Shown: positions 58,665 to 63,150 of the stretch, piece after piece
How the letters are laid out: each line of letters begins with the position of its first letter
Position numbering within the stretch: the first letter of the stretch is position 1
Assembly (NCBI GenBank): GCA_938073745.1
Contig: CALJFR010000001.1
Coordinates: forward strand, 1 to 63,150
Origin: an uncultured Flavobacteriales bacterium
GTDB taxonomy: Bacteria; Bacteroidota; Bacteroidia; Flavobacteriales; BACL11
DNA: 63,150 bases
Direction: 5' to 3'
The notes under the pieces: generated by a model
Seen by the model: the letters and a program-made list of their open reading frames with translations, nothing else
What the model was told of the DNA's origin: nothing
Database searches by the model: none
Translations under genes and position numbers: made by a program

Positions 58665-60200
58665 CTAGAAAATCTTAAATATTTTTTCTACTGTTCCGTC
58701 ACTGTAAATATAAAACAATACAGTATTATGTTCTTTAATAGTATTTCTTCCAATTAAATCAACAACCTTTATTAGTTCTTTATCATTACTAATTTCAGGA
58801 AATACTGAAGTAATCATAGTGCATGAATCAAGAATTGGGTTTAATTCAATTGGAACAGAAGGGCTCATATCTTTACCGGCAAAACCAGAATAATCAATGG
58901 GATATTTAGTACATCTAAAGACTGAATTACCAAGTCCATTTTGAGTAACTGGTATTGAATCACCTTGAGATAATATATATGTGTTTAATACAGGATTTAC
59001 ATATCTCCAAACAATATTCTCTAGCGTATCAATTTCAAAAAAATTCCCATGAGCACCATCACAAATTAAAGTATTTCCATTAGCTAATCTTTGTGATCCA
59101 GAAATATATGATGAATAAAAATTTTGTTGAGGAGATGAAGTATAAATCCAATCTGCATTTAATGGTTGAAACATATTTAAAGAATCTATTAAGTAACTAC
59201 CATTAGAATCTATAGCTGGATAAACTATATCAACTGAACTATAGCCTCTTTGTTTTCCATTATTAAAAATTAACAATTTACCACCATCTAAGTAATCATC
59301 ATCAATCCAATGTACATCATGTTGTCCAAATAGTTTTTGATCTGTATTAGCAGCATCATAAGCCTGTGGATTTCCCCATCTGTAAAGAAAATCTCCTCCC
59401 TTATTAAAATTACCCCCTAAACTGGAAGAAGCTTCGTTAGTTGTAGTACTATGATCAATGATATAAAGTTCAGATAAAGCTCTAGATCCTATTACAATTT
59501 GATCTAAATCTTCATTATAATCAATGGAGTTACAATGTAGCCAATCATTCTTACCGTTTCCAAAATAGTAATTAATATCTAAGCGCTGTGGATTTTGAGA
59601 AATTACACCAAAATTTTGTTTTGTAGAGTCAAAATCTTGTATCAAATGATCCCATAAGTGCCACTCCCAAATAATATTAATAGAATCAATTCCTATTGGC
59701 TCAACTTCTAAAATATATGTAGACCATAATTCATTATCTATCATTGAATTTGGATCTCTTCCAGCGTCAACTGCTTCATTAAATGATTTATACTCCCAAC
59801 ACAACACCAGTATATTACCATTTTTAAGTGGTGCAATATCATGATGTTGATGATGTAGGCTATCAGAAAAATTATAGGACCATTCTAAATTTCCATACCA
59901 ATCTGTTTTTTCTATTCTCCCCCCACCTCCTCCAGCACTAAAAATTGGATTCTGAATTCTACATGCTCTAAGTAAACTTCCAGTTTCTAAAAGATACACT
60001 GAACTACCAGCATTATAACTACTATTCCAAGAATTAATTAATTTACCGCAATTATCTATTAAGTAAGTATTTGAGTTAGGAGAAAAAAGAGTGTAACCTT
60101 TAAAAGATTGAGCATCATTAGTAAATAATCCAACAGTTTGGATTTGAGATAATAGATTAAAATAATTTAAAAAGAAAAATAAAAAAATTACTCTTTTCAT
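58665..60200 (-). CDS. arylsulfotransferase (ASST/Arylsulfotran_2)-like beta-propeller protein with short T9SS-type tail
   Basis: Signal peptide MKRVIFLFFFLNYFNLLSQ (ATG 60200). VGLFTNDAQSFKGYTLFSPNSNTYLIDNCGKLINSWNSSYNAGSSVYLLETGSLLR, HHQHHDIAPLKNGN and WLHCNSIDYNEDLDQIV resemble Bacteroidota proteins annotated as aryl-sulfate sulfotransferase (memory). The tail is LIKVVDLIGRN..VLFYIYSDGTVEKIFKIF. The track's upstream extension to 60254 is the translated terminator hairpin. Confidence 0.7.
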   Translation of the reverse strand: MKRVIFLFFFLNYFNLLSQIQTVGLFTNDAQSFKGYTLFSPNSNTYLIDNCGKLINSWNSSYNAGSSVYLLETGSLLRACRIQNPIFSAGGGGGRIEKTDWYGNLEWSYNFSDSLHHQHHDIAPLKNGNILVLCWEYKSFNEAVDAGRDPNSMIDNELWSTYILEVEPIGIDSINIIWEWHLWDHLIQDFDSTKQNFGVISQNPQRLDINYYFGNGKNDWLHCNSIDYNEDLDQIVIGSRALSELYIIDHSTTTNEASSSLGGNFNKGGDFLYRWGNPQAYDAANTDQKLFGQHDVHWIDDDYLDGGKLLIFNNGKQRGYSSVDIVYPAIDSNGSYLIDSLNMFQPLNADWIYTSSPQQNFYSSYISGSQRLANGNTLICDGAHGNFFEIDTLENIVWRYVNPVLNTYILSQGDSIPVTQNGLGNSVFRCTKYPIDYSGFAGKDMSPSVPIELNPILDSCTMITSVFPEISNDKELIKVVDLIGRNTIKEHNTVLFYIYSDGTVEKIFKIF

Positions 60201-60213
60201 AACAAAAGCTAAA

Positions 60214-60249
60214 ATAAAAAAAGCACAGCAAATGCTGTGCTTTTTTTTT
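60214..60249 (-). terminator. intrinsic terminator of paralogue 3 (symmetrical A-run/T-run flanks)
   Basis: Stem GCACAG (60223-60228) / CTGTGC (60235-60240), loop CAAATG. Flanked by A7 on the plus strand (U7 on the minus transcript) and T9 on the other side. Confidence 0.8.
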
Positions 60250-60264
60250 AACATTACTTTATAA

Positions 60265-62079
60265 TTATTCTATAACTACTTTCTTTGAATAAGTTTGTGT
60301 ATTATTAGTAAACTCTATTGAATAAACACCTTTACTAAATTGAGACAAATCAATTGATCGATTTGAATAAGATGAAATCTTTCCATCAAATACTATTTGT
60401 CCAACTAGATTAGTTACTGTGAAGCTATATCCAATATTGTTCTCATTTCCTAAATTAATTATTCCAGATGAAGGATTAGGATAAACTGAAAGTCCCGATT
60501 TTAAATGTTCATCATTAACTGATGAAACGTAACCAAAATTCATTCTTATTAATCTAGCACTACTAGTATACCAAGCACCAAAACCATTAGAACCAATATC
60601 ACATCCATTATCTTGAATATATCCAGATGTATGAGGATTTCCAGTAGAACTAATACCAACAGTATCAGTAGGATGTTGAGTGCCAAGAACACCTGCTAGA
60701 TATGATGTTCCTGCAAAAAGTGGTGTTGGGGTTAATAATGGTAAGGTTACCCATTGTCCAATATCGGATTGCTGTAAAGTATATACATCAGACTCTGCAA
60801 TAAAAATTTGCCCATCCGATTCATAGAGCTGAGCAGTAACATCACCACCAGCAACAGATTGATCGCTAATATGGAATGAGATTGATGTTAAAGTAGTATT
60901 AGCATAAATATCATAAACATTAGCAAGTACTTGCCCACACGCAGGACGAGACAAATAAGCATATCCCGAAGCATTAGCACCATCCGAATTCCAATCATAA
61001 TCAACCCCATATACAGAGTCGGTTACAATAGTAGAAAATGTAGTTGTGTCAGTAGTTGGGAAGGAATCCGAAGTTGCCCAATAACTCATATTATATAAAC
61101 CCATATTTGATGGAGCAAAATTTGTTGTAGTAGCAACGGTATCGTTCTGCAACATAGATAAAGATATTGGAGATGAAGATAATGATGTAATATTAGATGT
61201 ATTATCTTCCTCTACTTCAACATGTAGAGTAATATTATTTTGAGTTTGAATACCAGAATTTCTAACAACACCCTCAATTCTATAAGGCATTGCTGATGCT
61301 TGAGACATTGGATATAATGTATAATCACATCCTAAATCTCCAGTAAGCTGATATCCTAACCACCATCCCCCAAAAGTTTGATTAGAAAGAATTAATTCAT
61401 TATCAGGAGTTTCAGAGAATGTTACATCATCTATCATTGTAGCATAATCCCACTCTCCTTCATAATGAAATCTTAAATATACATTTGGCTGATTTCCAGC
61501 TGATGATGAAATATTTAAAGAAACTAGTTCAGGATTTGGTGAAGATTCGTTAGTAGCAAGGGCAGGTTGAATTCTGTATCTTCCAGCAACAGTAGCAAAG
61601 TTATCTGTGCTAATTTCTACAAAAACTGAATCACGAAATACTCTGTGATAACATTCGAAGTTTATATTTATATATTGATATGCAGAACAATCAATTGTCC
61701 CATTATATGTAAGTGTTGCTTCTTGAGGTGTATATTGAGTATTTAAAGCATCTGAATCAAATAGAGCAAATCCATTAGCAGCAGTAGTTGAGTTTATTAC
61801 ACCCATCGTCCCAGAGTAAGATCCAACAGGTCCGTTAGTAGTAATTACCCAGTTTTGTAATCCACCATTCAATAAATCTACCATTGTCCAATCAGATTGA
61901 GTAGAAAAATCATTAGACCAAAAAGGAGCAGGCATAAATGAAGAAGCGCTTGATGATTGGGGAACAATACTTTCAATATGTTTGATATTATGTATTGTGT
62001 TTTCTTGAGGTGCTTTTTGTTGAGCTACAGAAGCATTTACAAAAAAAATTGTTAGTAAAGAAAGTAAAGTTTTTTTCAT
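60265..62079 (-). CDS. T9SS-secreted multidomain protein, array paralogue 3
   Basis: 604 aa. Signal peptide MKKTLLSLLTIFFVNASVAQ. N-module FWSNDFSTQSDWTM...DYATMIDDVTFSET. Conserved core. Sorting domain VYPNPSSGIINL...GVYSIEFTNNTQTYSKKVVIE. Confidence 0.88.
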   Translation of the reverse strand: MKKTLLSLLTIFFVNASVAQQKAPQENTIHNIKHIESIVPQSSSASSFMPAPFWSNDFSTQSDWTMVDLLNGGLQNWVITTNGPVGSYSGTMGVINSTTAANGFALFDSDALNTQYTPQEATLTYNGTIDCSAYQYININFECYHRVFRDSVFVEISTDNFATVAGRYRIQPALATNESSPNPELVSLNISSSAGNQPNVYLRFHYEGEWDYATMIDDVTFSETPDNELILSNQTFGGWWLGYQLTGDLGCDYTLYPMSQASAMPYRIEGVVRNSGIQTQNNITLHVEVEEDNTSNITSLSSSPISLSMLQNDTVATTTNFAPSNMGLYNMSYWATSDSFPTTDTTTFSTIVTDSVYGVDYDWNSDGANASGYAYLSRPACGQVLANVYDIYANTTLTSISFHISDQSVAGGDVTAQLYESDGQIFIAESDVYTLQQSDIGQWVTLPLLTPTPLFAGTSYLAGVLGTQHPTDTVGISSTGNPHTSGYIQDNGCDIGSNGFGAWYTSSARLIRMNFGYVSSVNDEHLKSGLSVYPNPSSGIINLGNENNIGYSFTVTNLVGQIVFDGKISSYSNRSIDLSQFSKGVYSIEFTNNTQTYSKKVVIE

Positions 62080-62093
62080 GTTTTGTTTTTTTA

Positions 62094-62101
62094 CAAATCT
62101 A
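62094..62101 (-). promoter_or_regulatory. candidate -7 promoter box (TAGATTTG on minus strand) for paralogue 3
   Basis: Plus strand reads CAAATCTA, 14 nt upstream of ATG 62079. Confidence 0.45.
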
Positions 62102-62135
62102 CAAAATATAATCTCTTCCTATATATTTAAAAACT

Positions 62136-62164
62136 AAAAAAGGCACAGAAATACTGTGCCTTTT
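62136..62164 (-). terminator. intrinsic terminator of paralogue 4
   Basis: Stem GGCACAG (62142-62148) / CTGTGCC (62154-62160), loop AAATA. U-run on the minus transcript (plus-strand A36-A41). The stem sequence is nearly the same as in the paralogue 3 terminator. Confidence 0.8.
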
Positions 62165-62184
62165 CAGTAAAATATTTTGCTTAT

Positions 62185-63150
62185 CTATTCAATAACTAAT
62201 TTTTGATTTGACAACTGATTTTCAATATCATATTCAATCGTGTATATACCTGAATTTAAATGAGACAAATCAACTTTTGAATTTGAAGTAGAATTAATTT
62301 TTCCTCTAAAAGTAATCTGAGCTAAAACATTTCTAATTGAAAAATTAATATCTTCTTGATAATTATTTTCAATTGTAAATATTCCATTAGAAGGGTTAGG
62401 ATAAACACTTAGTCTAGAACTCATCTCTTGATTTACAGAGCTTACATTTCCAAAATTCATTCTTATAGCTAAAGCATCTGAAGCAGTATACCAATAACCA
62501 AATCCTTGTGAACCAATATCACATCCGTTATCTTGAATATAACTTGAGGTATTTACATTACTTGTAGCGCTAATTAATGATGTATCTGTAGGGTGTTGAG
62601 TACCACGAACAGCTGCCATATATCCTGTTCCAGCAAATAATGGGTATGGACTTAAAAGCGGAACTGTTACCCAAGAATCTATATCTTGAACTTGTAAAGT
62701 ATATTCATCAGATTCTTCTAAGTAGATTTGACCATCTGCTTCATACACCTCAACAGTAACTTTTGCCCCTACAACAGAAGAAGCGCTTACATGAAATGAG
62801 ATTGATGTAAGCTGGGTATTTTCATAAATATCAAAAACATTAGCAAGCACTTGACCTCCACATGTTCTTCCAAGATAATACCCTCCGCCAAGGTTCGTTC
62901 CAGTACCATCCCAGTCGTAATCAACTCCGTATACAGTATCGGTAACAATAGAGCTCATAACCATTGTATCAGTTGTTGGGAAAGAGTCAGAAGTTGCCCA
63001 AAAAGTAAAATTATGTACTCCCATACTTGAAGGAGAAAAATCAGCAGTGGTTGCAGTGGTATCATTCATTGGGTTTGGAGCTCCTACTAAATTTGATGGT
63101 GATGACATATATGAATTAATATTTCCATTCGGCTCTTCAACATCAACATG
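62185..63150 (-). CDS. T9SS-secreted multidomain protein, array paralogue 4 (5' end beyond the window)
   Basis: The frame stays open from 63108 to the window edge (..HVDVEEPNGNINSYMSSPSN..) and aligns with LHVEVEEDNTSNITS.. of paralogue 3. So the track's Met at 63108 is internal. Conserved core plus sorting domain VYPNPSNGIFTI...GIYTIEYDIENQLSNQKLVIE. Confidence 0.85.
   Translation of the reverse strand, partial: HVDVEEPNGNINSYMSSPSNLVGAPNPMNDTTATTADFSPSSMGVHNFTFWATSDSFPTTDTMVMSSIVTDTVYGVDYDWDGTGTNLGGGYYLGRTCGGQVLANVFDIYENTQLTSISFHVSASSVVGAKVTVEVYEADGQIYLEESDEYTLQVQDIDSWVTVPLLSPYPLFAGTGYMAAVRGTQHPTDTSLISATSNVNTSSYIQDNGCDIGSQGFGYWYTASDALAIRMNFGNVSSVNQEMSSRLSVYPNPSNGIFTIENNYQEDINFSIRNVLAQITFRGKINSTSNSKVDLSHLNSGIYTIEYDIENQLSNQKLVIE

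Noticed and set aside
60201-60254. N-terminal extension MLKKKHSICCAFFILAFV of the ASST-like ORF.
   Set aside because: These codons are the translated GCACAG/CTGTGC terminator hairpin and T-run of the upstream paralogue. A normal signal peptide begins at the internal ATG at 60200.
1-63150. CRISPR arrays, IS elements, transposases, integrases, prophage genes, and restriction-modification or other defence modules.
   Set aside because: I saw no regularly spaced direct repeats with unique spacers. No ORF has DDE, tyrosine- or serine-recombinase, methyltransferase or nuclease/helicase signatures, other than the housekeeping Mfd, MutY and RsmA.

Overview
This window reads as a chromosomal segment of a very AT-rich Bacteroidota (Flavobacteriia-like) genome. 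Three things support that call. gldD and gldE sit in the classic mutY-ssb-gldE-gldD order. Several proteins end in T9SS C-terminal sorting domains. TAnnTTTG (-7 type) promoter boxes recur close to start codons, and there are no Shine-Dalgarno signals.

I count about 58 tightly packed protein genes, many with 1-11 nt overlaps, plus one tRNA-Phe(GAA). Positions ~130-53,700 are almost entirely core housekeeping:
- Envelope and transport: TonB-dependent receptor, MlaEF-like ABC transporter, mreBCD-mrdA-rodA, PpiD-like chaperone, CNNM/CorC protein, LptC-like protein.
- DNA, RNA and translation: ABC-F ATPase, SSB, MutY, HU, RNase G/E, RecX, RF2, RsmA, Mfd.
- Metabolism: FumC, mannose-1-P guanylyltransferase, aspartate kinase, PPi-type PFK, PurH, CoaX.

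The accessory part is the right-hand ~8.4 kb after tRNA-Phe. It holds at least four tandem, diverged paralogues (~600 aa each) of a T9SS-secreted multidomain protein whose conserved core I cannot assign to a named family. The array is interrupted by an arylsulfotransferase-like beta-propeller gene and runs off the window edge.

Other points worth a second look:
- an unannotated 29-codon ultra-basic ORF (bS22-like) between HU and RNase G
- a ~31-codon relic of an ECF sigma factor
- an exact 147-nt x5 intragenic repeat in an FG-GAP/SprB-repeat T9SS protein
- a short, truncated T9SS tail shared by two unrelated enzymes
- an Mfd N-terminus with no canonical start codon
- a prfB without the programmed frameshift
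- a 600-aa uncharacterised protein downstream of aspartate kinase

I saw no CRISPR array, rRNA, transposase, integrase, prophage or recognisable defence module. Nothing here is demonstrably a new multi-gene system. The paralogue array is the best candidate, and its function cannot be read from sequence alone.
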